DNA of 56,275 nucleotides, taken from contig QWQF01000151.1 of assembly GCA_003669125.1 (NCBI GenBank), positions 1 to 56,275 of the forward strand, given 5' to 3'. Made by a program: the position numbers and the translations under genes. The notes beneath the pieces are model-generated. The model ran no database searches. It was not told the DNA's origin and saw only the letters and a list, made by a program, of their open reading frames with translations. How positions within the stretch are numbered: the stretch's first letter is position 1; each line of letters begins with the position of its first letter. Positions 39,201 through 48,499 of this stretch are shown one piece after another. This DNA is from Planctomycetota bacterium (GTDB lineage Bacteria > Planctomycetota > Planctomycetia > Planctomycetales > Planctomycetaceae).

Positions 39201-39840
39201 CGATGCTCAAAACGAACTGCTCGCGCGCGGCCCGCGCTTCCGAGTCGAGGCCGAATCTGTGCGCGATTCATTGCTGAGCGTCAGCGGATTGCTCGGCCGC
39301 AAACTCGGTGGGCCGAGCGTCTTTCCGCCGCAGCCGGCGAACATCACGACCGAAGGGACCTACGGGCAACTCGCCTGGAAGGTCAGCGAGGGACTCGATC
39401 GGCATCGCCGCAGTTTCTACACGTTCGCGAAGCGGACCGCGCCGTTCGCGATGTTCACGACGTTCGACGCACCCAGCGGCGAGGCATGCGTCTGCCGCCG
39501 CGAAGTCTCGAACACGCCGCTGCAAGCTCTGACGCTGCTCAACGACGTTGTCTTCATCGAAGCCTCACAAGCCCTCGGCCGGCAATTCGCGGCGCTGCCG
39601 AGCAGCGATGACGCGCGACTCGCCGACCTCTTCCGCCGCTGTCTCACGCGACCACCCACCGCTGTCGAGATCACGCTGTTGGGTCGCTTCCTCAAGACTC
39701 AGCGAGAACGCCTCACCACAAAGGAACTCGACGCCGCAACGCTCGCCGGTCCGGGCGAGGGAGATGCCAGCGAACGCGCCGCCTGGTCGCTCGTCGCGAG
39801 AGCGTTGTTGAACTTGGACGAAGCCGTCACGAAGGATTGA
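36253..39840 (+). CDS. PSCyt1/DUF1549/DUF1553 (PSD1) giant secreted protein
   Basis: ATG at 36253. Signal peptide. N-terminal CFKCHGPD planctomycete cytochrome c motif. DUF1549-type segment ([38 protein letters not shown]). [12 protein letters not shown]-terminal DUF1553-type segment ([28 protein letters not shown]). Confidence 0.85.
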   Translation: MPSDRSRTAGWIFAGLCFVTSQARAADAPSFEREVRPILSRYCFKCHGPDEGQRQSGLRLDVRESAIKSADSGKLAIVPGKPDTSELIRRINLADGSEEKMPPASTKFELTAEQRDILKRWIASGAEYRPHWAFVAPKRPVLPKVRDTSWPRNGIDHFVLARLEAEGLKPSPPADRHTLARRVFLDLIGIPPTPTEIDEFVNDPSPNAYEQLLDRLLASPSYGERWARRWLDLARYADTNGYEKDRARSVWPYRDWVINAINADVPFDQFTIDQLAGDMQPNATVEQRIATGFHRNTMLNEEGGIDPLEFRFHAMTDRVATTGSVWLGLTIGCAQCHTHKYDPIAHTDYYRFFGLLNNAEEPELDIPVPELVAKLTEIDRRVAELEADLPNRFPLPDEFTWTPLKPIAVKTNNGAAAEIQSDASVLLSGPNPETDSYEIQIDSDLKDVVAIRLEALVDDKLPSKGPGRPPHGNFVLSEITASIAARDVPGEAQPLKFAHASADFSQDQFAVAQAIDGNAKTGGWAIHGPGTWNVNRTATFVLAQPTGFADKTARWTIKLEQQHGMKHTLGKFRLSLGRRNPAGGSVDDQRRQHFNQRFNAWLASVEKSAVKWIPLRPVAAKSNLPLLTIEPDGSVFSSGDMSKSDVYEVSFADVPSGITAVRLEALPDDRLPKHGPGRVYYEGPHGDFFLSDIAIARPDGLIRFARATQSFASGGSTAATALDDNKQTGWSINGGQGKPHAAVFALAEPLSSTAFTLRMLFERYYAAGIGHFRISVTTNPSAIEATFLPSAVESALLTPQASRSATQIEQLRRHFVTIAPELASERQAIENLRAQRPTLPTSLVMQERPASNPRPTHRHHRGEFLQPKELVTAGSLSALPPLPPNATADRLALANWLVSPENPLTARVTANRHWSAFFGRGLVRTQEDFGFQGALPTHPELLDWLAVEFGSRSSWSLKRLHRLIATSATYQQSSRVTPDLLRRDAQNELLARGPRFRVEAESVRDSLLSVSGLLGRKLGGPSVFPPQPANITTEGTYGQLAWKVSEGLDRHRRSFYTFAKRTAPFAMFTTFDAPSGEACVCRREVSNTPLQALTLLNDVVFIEASQALGRQFAALPSSDDARLADLFRRCLTRPPTAVEITLLGRFLKTQRERLTTKELDAATLAGPGEGDASERAAWSLVARALLNLDEAVTKD

Positions 39841-39851
39841 TCCGCTCCAAG

Positions 39852-41252
39852 TTAGCTCAGCAATATCCGCTTCATCCCTTCGGTCAGCACGTCATCGATC
39901 TCCGGTTCGCAGAAGGCGACGCTGACTTCGTAGCCGCCGTTGGCGTATTCCTCTTTGACCGGGATGTACCACGGGCCGCCGTCGCCGTAGGCCGACGTGC
40001 AGACGAAATTGTCCGGCTGCATCTGCTGGGCGCGGAGTTGGTATTCGATGAACGACTCGGCGGGGAGATGCAGCAGCTTCACGCCGCCCAGATGCAGCGA
40101 GCTGAGCACGATCGGGATGCGTTTCTCGACGCGATGCAGCCACGAGAGCATGTACGACGGACGGTTGCGGTTCACGACGGCGTTGGTCTTCGTCGAGATT
40201 TGTTGAGCGATCATCTCGGCGTGCAACGATGAGCGTGGGGGCGGCAGAATTTCGGCGGTCTTCCAGGCGAGCGTTTTGATCTCGGCTCGTTCGAGTTTCG
40301 CTTCGGACGCGACGATGCCGTCGTACACGCGCTTCGTCAGGATCGGCCGCACCGCTTTCGAGCCGTCGTTGTACTTGCCGGCCGAGACGTTCCCCGCGCA
40401 GCCGGTGAAGTAGACATGCAGGCAATCCGGCTCGTCCTGCTGCCGCTGCTTGCGAGCCAATCCGGCGAAGTCGCTGGTGGCTCGGCCGTCGGCGTAGTAG
40501 CTCATCGGGTGTGTCGCGTAGTAATGCAGTGAGGCCAGTTTCTTTTCGCCGTTGAAGAAGGCGACCGTCTTCAGGAACGGATCGATCAAGCCGTCGGGCA
40601 ACGCGATCAACTTCGGATCCGTGCAGGCACTGCCTCGCATCGCCAGCACTTTGCCGGACTCGTCGCGATGGACTCGGCGGTTCGAGGCGACTCCTTCGAT
40701 CTTCCCCTGGCCCCAGCCAATGTGTGTCACGGGGCGTGCTTGTTTTATCGACTTTTCGATGGCCGCTCGGCCCGCGTCGAGGCAGCGTTTGAAGAAGTCG
40801 AGATCGACGATGTGCGGCAGGTCGCCCTCGGCGAGCACGATTCGTTCGGCTTCGAGACAGGCGAACGGCGCGTTGTGCTGATGCACGCAATGCACGGCGA
40901 CTCGATCGGCCGTCGTCCCGGCTGCCTGAGCGAGCGCCGTGCGCCACTCGAGGTGAGCTTCGTTCAACAGCCCCGTCCAATCGACGGCACACAACACGAT
41001 CGGCTTGCCGGCTCCGAGCAACACGACTCCAACCGCTTCGAGCGCATCGTCCACAACTTCAATCGGCTTGATCCACCCCCCGCAGCACGAATGACCGAGC
41101 GGCGGCGTGACGTCAAACTTGAACGGAGCGATGTGCAAGCTGCCGGCGGTTGTCTCGGCGGCGTTGAGTGTTTGGCTGACCGACAACGACCAACCAGCGG
41201 CGGTTGTGAGGACGGTCTCTTTGAGGAAGTCGCGGCGCGAGAAATTGTTCAT
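39852..41252 (-). CDS. Tat-signal hypothetical protein (possibly a neutral/alkaline ceramidase-like hydrolase fold)
   Basis: ATG at 41252 (MNNFSRRDFLKETVLTTAAGWSL); the track start at 41270 is a TTG. The functional guess rests only on loose resemblance (FDVTPPLGH..., VHCVHQHNAPF). Confidence 0.65.
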   Translation of the reverse strand: MNNFSRRDFLKETVLTTAAGWSLSVSQTLNAAETTAGSLHIAPFKFDVTPPLGHSCCGGWIKPIEVVDDALEAVGVVLLGAGKPIVLCAVDWTGLLNEAHLEWRTALAQAAGTTADRVAVHCVHQHNAPFACLEAERIVLAEGDLPHIVDLDFFKRCLDAGRAAIEKSIKQARPVTHIGWGQGKIEGVASNRRVHRDESGKVLAMRGSACTDPKLIALPDGLIDPFLKTVAFFNGEKKLASLHYYATHPMSYYADGRATSDFAGLARKQRQQDEPDCLHVYFTGCAGNVSAGKYNDGSKAVRPILTKRVYDGIVASEAKLERAEIKTLAWKTAEILPPPRSSLHAEMIAQQISTKTNAVVNRNRPSYMLSWLHRVEKRIPIVLSSLHLGGVKLLHLPAESFIEYQLRAQQMQPDNFVCTSAYGDGGPWYIPVKEEYANGGYEVSVAFCEPEIDDVLTEGMKRILLS

Positions 41253-41476
41253 AGCGAATCGGTCCTGCAAATGAGTCTGTAGCCCGGACGCTTACGTTTG
41301 GGCGATCGGACGTCGGCGTCCAATCTACTTGTAATCCAGCGACACGCCGTACCGCGACCGAAAGGGAGCCGACCCGTCATTACTCACCAGGTCGATCCCT
41401 GACGGACGCGGTACGGATTCGTTTATGCTGCCGCCGTCGCGGAATCACTTCTCACTTCTTTTCGCGGGAGCACCTC

Positions 41477-42208
41477 ATGAATCGACGCCGGTTCGTCAAC
41501 GCCATCATCGTCGGCTTTGTGTTGAGTTCGTTGCTACTGACCATCGAAAGCTCCGTCGCCGACGAGCCGAAGTCGGGAGCATTGATCCAGTCGCTGCCCA
41601 AAGACGGATCGTGGGCCGAGTTCAACGTGAACGTGAAGCTCAATGGGCAAGAGATCGGCCCCTCGTGGAAGCTGCGGTCGTTCGGCCAGGCATTTCATGG
41701 CGGGAAGCAGTGCCGGTTCATTGAAATGGAACAGACTTGCGATCATCCGCAATTGGCGAATGTGACCTGGCGACTGCTCGTCCCCGAAGAGGAATTCGGA
41801 GAGGGGAAAGACCCGATCAGCAAGATGGTGAAATGCTGGGCCAAGTACGGATCCAACGAACCGGAAGTGGTGGAATCGATCCCACTCAAAGACCCCGCCT
41901 TCGCGATGCTGTTGGCAGGCCCGAAGCAGAATCTCAAGAACGAAGAGGCCAAAGAGAAGATCAATTGGCAACAGGGGGATCTGGAGTGCTCGGTGGTCAG
42001 CGGACACAACGAGCTTGAATTCGGCAACACGAAGTTCGGCATGACGCACCGAGTCTTCCGCCACAAAGACGTGCCGTTCGGACTGGCGGGAATACAGCAA
42101 GAACTGAACGCCAGCTTCGGCGGCCAGAAGCAAATGGCCGTTATCAAGATGACGCTGAAAGACCACGGCAAAGACGCGAAGGCCAAGCTGCCGGATTTGC
42201 TCCCGTGA
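41477..42208 (+). CDS. Hypothetical membrane-anchored or secreted protein
   Basis: ATG at 41477 preceded by GGGAG. N-terminal hydrophobic segment (FVNAIIVGFVLSSLLLTI). Coding-like composition. No recognisable motif. Confidence 0.6.
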   Translation: MNRRRFVNAIIVGFVLSSLLLTIESSVADEPKSGALIQSLPKDGSWAEFNVNVKLNGQEIGPSWKLRSFGQAFHGGKQCRFIEMEQTCDHPQLANVTWRLLVPEEEFGEGKDPISKMVKCWAKYGSNEPEVVESIPLKDPAFAMLLAGPKQNLKNEEAKEKINWQQGDLECSVVSGHNELEFGNTKFGMTHRVFRHKDVPFGLAGIQQELNASFGGQKQMAVIKMTLKDHGKDAKAKLPDLLP

Positions 42209-42284
42209 AGTGGGTGCTGCTTGCGACTCGTTTTGAAATCGTGACGGACATCACTCTGAAACATCCTTTTCTTGAAAGATCATC

Positions 42285-43625
42285 ATGGATCGTCGTCAGT
42301 TCTTGAAAGCCGGTGCCGGCAGTGTTGCATTGAGTTCGTTTCTGCCCGTGCTTCCGGCTGCGTTCGCGGCGGAGCCAAAGCCGAAGCGCGTGGGCCTGAT
42401 CGGCTGCGGCTGGTACGGCAAGTGTGACTTGCTGCGGCTGATTCAGATTTCGCCGGTCGAAGTGGTGTCGCTGTGCGACGTGGACAAGAAGATGCTGGCC
42501 GAGGCGGGTGAGATCGTGGCCTCGCGGCAGGTGTCGAAGAAGACTCCGCGGTTGTACGGCGACTATCGGAAGATGCTCGCGGAAAAAGACCTCGACATCG
42601 TCGAGATCGCGACGCCGGATCACTGGCACGCGCTGCCAATGATCGAAGCGGTGAAGGCTGGAGCGGACATCTACGTCCAGAAGCCGACGAGCGTGGACGT
42701 CGTCGAGAGTCAGGCGATGCTGGCTGCGGCTCGGAAACATGGACGAGTCGTGCAGGTCGGGACGCAGCGACGCAGCACGCCGCATTTGGCGGAGGCTCGC
42801 GAACTGATTCAGGAAGGGAAGCTCGGCAAGATCGGGCTGATTGAGATTTACTGCTACTACCACATGCGTGCTCGCGAGAATCCGCCTGACGCGACGCCGC
42901 CGGATTATCTCGACTACGAAATGTGGACCGGGCCGGCTCCGATGCGGCCGTACAACCCGCTGGTGCATCCGCGTCGCTGGCGAGCGTTCATGGAATACGG
43001 CAACGGGATCGTTGGCGACATGTGCATCCACATGCTCGACATGGTCCGCTGGATGGCAGGACTCGGCTGGCCGAAGACGGTCAGCTCGACCGGCGGCATC
43101 CTGATGGACAAGAACAGCAAGGCGAACATCTCCGACACGCAGACGGCGACGTTCGAGTTCGACGGCGTGAACGTCGTCTGGCAGCATCGCACCTGGGGCT
43201 CCTCACCCGATCCGAAGTATCCGTGGGGCGCGACGTTCTACGGCGAGAAAGGGACGCTGAAGGCCAGCGTCAACAGCTACGACTTCATCCCGAACAGCGG
43301 CGAGGCGATTCACAAGGACGTGACGATGGAGTTGGAGCAATACCCCGAAGACAAGACCGAGAAGGATCTCGAAAAACATGTGGCCCCGGCGATCCGCCGG
43401 CACATGCAGAACCTGCTCGACTGCATCGCGACGCGTGGCAAGCCGGTGGCCGACATCGAAGAGGGGCACACCTCGACGGTGAGCTGCATCCTCGCCAACT
43501 TGTCGATGCAGCTTGGCCGATCGCTCACCTGGGATGCGGCGAAGGGCGTGATCGCCAACGATCCGGCCGCGAACAAATTGCTGCGACGGCCGTATCGCGG
43601 ACCGTGGGTGCATCCTGAAGTGTGA
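42285..43625 (+). CDS. Gfo/Idh/MocA-family oxidoreductase with Tat signal
   Basis: MDRRQFLKAGAGSVALSSFLPVLPAAFA. Rossmann N-terminus (VGLIGCGWYG). The family signature around EKPTS is present as YVQKPTS. Confidence 0.85.
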   Translation: MDRRQFLKAGAGSVALSSFLPVLPAAFAAEPKPKRVGLIGCGWYGKCDLLRLIQISPVEVVSLCDVDKKMLAEAGEIVASRQVSKKTPRLYGDYRKMLAEKDLDIVEIATPDHWHALPMIEAVKAGADIYVQKPTSVDVVESQAMLAAARKHGRVVQVGTQRRSTPHLAEARELIQEGKLGKIGLIEIYCYYHMRARENPPDATPPDYLDYEMWTGPAPMRPYNPLVHPRRWRAFMEYGNGIVGDMCIHMLDMVRWMAGLGWPKTVSSTGGILMDKNSKANISDTQTATFEFDGVNVVWQHRTWGSSPDPKYPWGATFYGEKGTLKASVNSYDFIPNSGEAIHKDVTMELEQYPEDKTEKDLEKHVAPAIRRHMQNLLDCIATRGKPVADIEEGHTSTVSCILANLSMQLGRSLTWDAAKGVIANDPAANKLLRRPYRGPWVHPEV

Positions 43626-43723
43626 CGCGGCCCTTGCCGGTGTTCTTGCGTGATATCGGACGGGGTCATCTGGTAATCTGCCGCCGGTTTGAGACCGTGC
43701 TGTTTTTCCGGAGGGTGATGGTC

Positions 43724-46700
43724 ATGCGTGCGAGACTTTTCTGGAGTGGGTTTGTCGCGGCCATTGCCTCTTTGGCTGGTTCCGTGTTGGCCGCCGACAG
43801 TGGCCCGTTGCCTGACGTCGTCGAATTCAATCGCGACATTCGTTCGATCCTGTCGGACAACTGCTTCTTCTGCCACGGGCCGGACAAAAACAAACGCAAA
43901 GCCGATCTGCGGCTCGACACGCAAGAGGGCTTACACGGCAAAGACGGCGAGCCAGGAACCGTCGCACCGGGCAAGCCGACCGACAGCGAACTCTTCCGCC
44001 GCATCACTTCCGCCGACCCCGAACAGAAAATGCCACCGGCCGAGAGTGGGAAGTCGCTGACGCCGCGAGACATCGCGCTGCTCAAAAAATGGATCGAGCA
44101 GGGTGCGAAGTTCGAAGGCCATTGGGCATTCCTGCCCGTCAAACGCCCGGCCGACAGCCGTGATCCCAAATCTTCAACCGCCATCGACACGCTCATCGCC
44201 GACGAACTTGCAAAGCACAACCTCAAACCATCCGCCGCAGCCGACCGCGTCACGCTGATTCGGCGGCTGAGCTTCGACCTGATCGGTCTGCCGCCGACGC
44301 CGGAAGAAGTCGCTGCGTTTGTAAACGACTCATCGCCGGCCGCCTACGAAAAGCTCGTCGATCGGCTGCTCAAGTCGCCGCACTTCGGCGAACGGCAGGC
44401 GATGTGGTGGTTGGACCTCGTGCGCTACGCCGACACCGTCGGCTATCACGGCGATCAAAACATGAGCGTCTCGCCGTTTCGGCAGTACGTCATCGACTCG
44501 TTCAACGCGAACAAGCGCTTCGATCAATTCACGATCGAGCAACTCGCCGGCGATCTGCTGCCGAATCCGACTCGCGAGCAGTTGATCGCCTCCGGCTACA
44601 ACCGCTTGGGGATGATGAGCGCCGAGGGCGGAGTGCAAGACAAAGAGTACCTCGCGAAGTACATCGCCGAACGAGTCCGCAACGCGAGCGGGACATGGCT
44701 GGGCATCACGCTGGGCTGCGCCGAATGCCACGATCACAAGTTCGATCCGCTGACCACTCGCGACTTTTATCGCTTCGAAGCCTTCTTCGCCGACATCCAA
44801 GAACGCGGTCTGTATTCGGGTGCGCACGCCGACGGCAACTGGGGGCCGTTCGTCAAAGTCCCCAACGCCGAGCAAGAGGCCACGCTGACGAAGCTCGATC
44901 AAGAAATCGCCGACGTCAAAAAGTTTTTGGGAACATCGACGCCGGAATTGGCGGCCGCTCAAGTCGCGTGGGAGAAGTCGCACGTCGTGTGGACATTGCT
45001 CAAGCCGGAAACGATCACGTCCGCCGAAGGAGTCACGCTCACGGCCAAGAATGACGGCTCGATTTTGGCCAGCGGCAAAAACCCGGCGACCGACACCTAC
45101 ACGTTCGTCGTGAAAAATCCGCCGAAGGGGATCACCGCTTTTCGGCTCGAAGTTCTGCCGGACGATTCACTGCCGGCGAAAGGTCCGGGCCGAGCGGGCA
45201 ACGGCAACTTTGTGCTCAGCGAGTTCACCGTGAAGCACATCGTCGGCGAGACGATCGACGAGGCCGTCCCGTTGCAGAACGCGACCGCGACCTACGAACA
45301 AACGGGAGCCGCCGAAAACAACCCGTACAAAAAATGGGCAGTCGCGGCGGCGATCGACAGCGACGCGAAAGGCAAAACGTGGGGCTGGGCGATCATGGAA
45401 AAAGTCGGGCAGCCGCAGACTGCCGTGTTTGAAACCGTCAGCGACATCGCCGGCGGCGAGAGTTCGACGCTGACGATCTCGCTGCTGCAAAATCTCGACA
45501 ATCCCAACCACACGATCGGCCGCTTCCGCCTTTCGGTGGCAACTTCGCCGCGACCGATCCGAGCCGATCAAGCTCCGCCGCCGAACATCGCGGCGCTGCT
45601 GGCGATCGCTGCCGGTCAACGCAACGACACACAGAAGAACGAACTCGCCGCGCACTTCCGATCGACCGCGCCGGCTCTCGACGCGGCTCGAAAACAAATC
45701 GCCGAACGCGAGACCGCTCGCAAGGAAATGGACGCACGAATTCCCAGCACGCTCATCACCGCCTCGGTCCAACCGCGGATGGTCCGCATTCTGAAGCGGG
45801 GCAACTGGATGGATGACAGCGGCGAGGAAGTGACTCCTGCATTTCCGGCCGTCTTGTCCTCGCAGCCTCTCGAAAGCCCGACACGTCTCACGCGGCAAGA
45901 GCTCGCGAAGTGGATCGTCTCGAAGGACAACCCACTGACGGCGCGAGTCTTCGTCAACCGCATTTGGAAACAGCTCTTCGGAGCCGGCTTGTCGCGCAAG
46001 CTCGACGACCTCGGAGCACAAGGTGAGTGGCCGAGTCATCCGCTGCTGCTCGATCACCTCGCCGCCTCGTTTGCCGACAGCGGCTGGGATGTGAAGCAAC
46101 TCATCAAGTCGATCGTCCTGTCGAATACTTATCAGCAGTCGTCACTCGCCGGCCGCGAGTTGCGTGAAGCCGACTCGTACAACCGTTGGCTCGCGCGACA
46201 GGGACGCTTCCGCATCGACGCCGAACTCGTCCGCGACAACGCGCTGTCGATCAGCGGCCTGCTGGTCACGAAGCTCGGCGGCACGAGCGTCAAGCCGTAC
46301 CAACCGCCGGGCTATTTCGCGTACCTCAACTTCCCGGCTCGCGAGTGGCAGAACGACTCCGGCGAGAGCCTGTATCGCCGCGGCCTCTACACCCACTGGC
46401 AGCGGCAATACCTGCATCCGAGTCTGCTCGCGTTCGACGCCCCCAACCGCGAAGAATGCATCGCCGACCGGCCCCGCTCGAACACGCCACTGCAATCGCT
46501 CGTGCTGCTCAACGACCCGTCGTACGTTGAAGCCTCGCGAACGTTCGCCGAAACTATTCTGCGTTCTAGCGGCTCGACCACGCGGGACAAACTCGATTGG
46601 GCCTTTCGCCGCGCAGTCTCGCGACCGATCAAACCTGCCGAAGCCGAAGTCCTCGAACGACTGCTGCAAACGCATCTCGACGAATACAAGTCGGACGCGA

Positions 46701-46831
46701 CCGCCGCCAACGAACTGCTCACCGTCGGAGCGAAGCCGGCACCGGCTGATCTCGACAAATCCGAACTCGCCGCGTGGACCAGCGTCGCTCGGACGATTCT
46801 GAATCTACACGAGACTATCACGAGAAATTAG
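43724..46831 (+). CDS. PSCyt1/DUF1549/DUF1553 (PSD1) giant secreted protein
   Basis: ATG at 43724, 8 nt after GGAGGG. Signal peptide. CFFCHGPD. DUF1549-type segment (LIRRLSFDLIGLPPTPEEV). CAECHDHKFDP. C-terminal DUF1553-type segment (FDAPNREECIADRPRSNTPLQSLVLLND). Confidence 0.85.
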   Translation: MRARLFWSGFVAAIASLAGSVLAADSGPLPDVVEFNRDIRSILSDNCFFCHGPDKNKRKADLRLDTQEGLHGKDGEPGTVAPGKPTDSELFRRITSADPEQKMPPAESGKSLTPRDIALLKKWIEQGAKFEGHWAFLPVKRPADSRDPKSSTAIDTLIADELAKHNLKPSAAADRVTLIRRLSFDLIGLPPTPEEVAAFVNDSSPAAYEKLVDRLLKSPHFGERQAMWWLDLVRYADTVGYHGDQNMSVSPFRQYVIDSFNANKRFDQFTIEQLAGDLLPNPTREQLIASGYNRLGMMSAEGGVQDKEYLAKYIAERVRNASGTWLGITLGCAECHDHKFDPLTTRDFYRFEAFFADIQERGLYSGAHADGNWGPFVKVPNAEQEATLTKLDQEIADVKKFLGTSTPELAAAQVAWEKSHVVWTLLKPETITSAEGVTLTAKNDGSILASGKNPATDTYTFVVKNPPKGITAFRLEVLPDDSLPAKGPGRAGNGNFVLSEFTVKHIVGETIDEAVPLQNATATYEQTGAAENNPYKKWAVAAAIDSDAKGKTWGWAIMEKVGQPQTAVFETVSDIAGGESSTLTISLLQNLDNPNHTIGRFRLSVATSPRPIRADQAPPPNIAALLAIAAGQRNDTQKNELAAHFRSTAPALDAARKQIAERETARKEMDARIPSTLITASVQPRMVRILKRGNWMDDSGEEVTPAFPAVLSSQPLESPTRLTRQELAKWIVSKDNPLTARVFVNRIWKQLFGAGLSRKLDDLGAQGEWPSHPLLLDHLAASFADSGWDVKQLIKSIVLSNTYQQSSLAGRELREADSYNRWLARQGRFRIDAELVRDNALSISGLLVTKLGGTSVKPYQPPGYFAYLNFPAREWQNDSGESLYRRGLYTHWQRQYLHPSLLAFDAPNREECIADRPRSNTPLQSLVLLNDPSYVEASRTFAETILRSSGSTTRDKLDWAFRRAVSRPIKPAEAEVLERLLQTHLDEYKSDATAANELLTVGAKPAPADLDKSELAAWTSVARTILNLHETITRN

Positions 46832-46843
46832 TTCGCAAGAGGA

Positions 46844-48355
46844 ATGTTTCCGTTCATGACGTCTTCGCAGTTTGTCAGTCGCTGGCGAGGGGCAGACCTC
46901 GGCCTACCGATCCCGGAAGAACGGCACGCCGTGTCGGTCTGCTTGCCGCGCTGGCGGGACAACGTCGGCTATGAAGAGGGCGATCCGACGGTCACGGGCG
47001 CGATGCAGTGCGGCTATCCGCGCTTCTTTTTTCATCCCGACACCGCACGGCTGTTCGCCGAGTGCGAGCGTCAGTTGGCTCGGCCAGGCGAGTGCGCGAT
47101 CGCGTTTCCGTCGGAGCCTGTCGCACGACGCTGTGCGGAGTTCGTGGCCCGCGAAACCGGAGCGCTGGTGCGCGTCGGAGCCGGATTCGATGGACGGGTT
47201 CATGCCGTGTTGATGCCGCTCGCGGCGCGAGACACGGCGAAAGCGTTCTGGCAACACGCGGGAGAGATTATTCCTTCGCGACAAGCAGTCGCATTGCTCG
47301 AAGGCCACGTGGCGGCCGACGGTGCTCGCGCGAAGCAATTGCTTCGTGAACGAGTGGCTGAGTTGCAGGGTTGCTCAGCCGAGGACGTTTATCTGTTTCC
47401 GTCCGGAATGGCTGCTGTCTTCACGGCGTATCGACTGTTTCAACGGCTGCGGCCGGAACAGCGCAGCATCCAGTTTGGGTTTCCGTATGTGGACAACTTG
47501 AAAATTCAACAACGGCTGTCGCGGATTCAAGCGGCGGAAAACGCGGTCGCGTTCTTTCCGCGCGGCACTGAATCTGACATCGACGAGGTCGCACGGTTGG
47601 CGGCAACGGAATCGCTGCTGGGATTGTTCGTCGAGTTACCGGGAAACCCGTTGCTGGGCAGCCCGAATATCGCACGGCTCAGTGAGCTTTCGTTGCGACA
47701 GGACTTCCCGTTGTTGATCGACGACACGTTCGCGGCGTGCGTGAATCTCGACACGCTGCCAGCCGCGGATGCCGTGGCTACAAGCCTCACGAAATACTTC
47801 TCTGGTGCCGGTAACGTGCTGGCTGGCTCGCTGGTGCTCAATCGCGAGCGGCCATATTACGAGCGGCTGAAGACGCTTTTGGCTGAAGAGTTCGAGGACA
47901 TCTTCTACGGCGAAGACGCGATCGTTCTGGAACGCAACTCGCGCGACGTCGCCCAGCGGATTCCGCGGATCAACGCCAACGCCGCGCGGCTGTGCGAGTT
48001 TCTCGCCGAGCGTCCCGAAGTCGCTGACGTTTTTTATCCGGCGCGTGTCGATCGTGCGAACTACGAACGGCACCTTCGTCCGGGAGGCGGATTCGGCGGA
48101 CTGTTCTCGGTCGTGTTGCGCGACGCGGCCGCGAAGACCGAGCGGTTCTTCGATGCGCTGCAAATTCCCAAAGGTCCGAATTTGGGGACCAGCTTCACGC
48201 TCTGCTGCCCGTTCACGATCCTGGCTCACTACCGCGAGTTGGACTTCGCCGAAAGCTGCGGCATCTCGCGGCATCTGATCCGCGTCTCGGTTGGCCTGGA
48301 GGACTCGGACTGGCAGATCGAGCGGTTCGCGGAGGCCCTGCGGGAATGCTGGTGA
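46844..48355 (+). CDS. PLP-dependent Cys/Met-metabolism family enzyme with an N-terminal extension (fungal Str2/YML082W-like cystathionine gamma-synthase type)
   Basis: Starts 12 nt after the DUF1553 gene stop. N-terminal pattern HAVSVCLPRW...VGYEEGD...GYPRFFFH. PLP-lysine context SLTKYFSGAGNVLAGS. 503 aa, against about 380 aa for canonical members. Confidence 0.75.
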   Translation: MFPFMTSSQFVSRWRGADLGLPIPEERHAVSVCLPRWRDNVGYEEGDPTVTGAMQCGYPRFFFHPDTARLFAECERQLARPGECAIAFPSEPVARRCAEFVARETGALVRVGAGFDGRVHAVLMPLAARDTAKAFWQHAGEIIPSRQAVALLEGHVAADGARAKQLLRERVAELQGCSAEDVYLFPSGMAAVFTAYRLFQRLRPEQRSIQFGFPYVDNLKIQQRLSRIQAAENAVAFFPRGTESDIDEVARLAATESLLGLFVELPGNPLLGSPNIARLSELSLRQDFPLLIDDTFAACVNLDTLPAADAVATSLTKYFSGAGNVLAGSLVLNRERPYYERLKTLLAEEFEDIFYGEDAIVLERNSRDVAQRIPRINANAARLCEFLAERPEVADVFYPARVDRANYERHLRPGGGFGGLFSVVLRDAAAKTERFFDALQIPKGPNLGTSFTLCCPFTILAHYRELDFAESCGISRHLIRVSVGLEDSDWQIERFAEALRECW

Positions 48356-48422
48356 GCGGCACTATTTTTTACGTCACTTTGAACCACGAATCTGTTTTTC
48401 ATTTCAAACTTTGCGATCATCC

Positions 48423-48461
48423 GCGTAATCTGCGTTTTCAAAAGCGAAACGCAGATTACGC
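48423..48461. other. Perfect 15-bp inverted repeat (strong hairpin or palindromic operator)
   Basis: gcgtaatctgcgttt - tcaaaagcg - aaacgcagattacgc, in the AT-rich 144-nt spacer between the PLP-enzyme gene and the DUF1501 gene. No U-tract follows. Confidence 0.8.
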
Positions 48462-48499
48462 AAAGATTCGCAGAGTGACTTTTGATGATGAGGTCTGCC

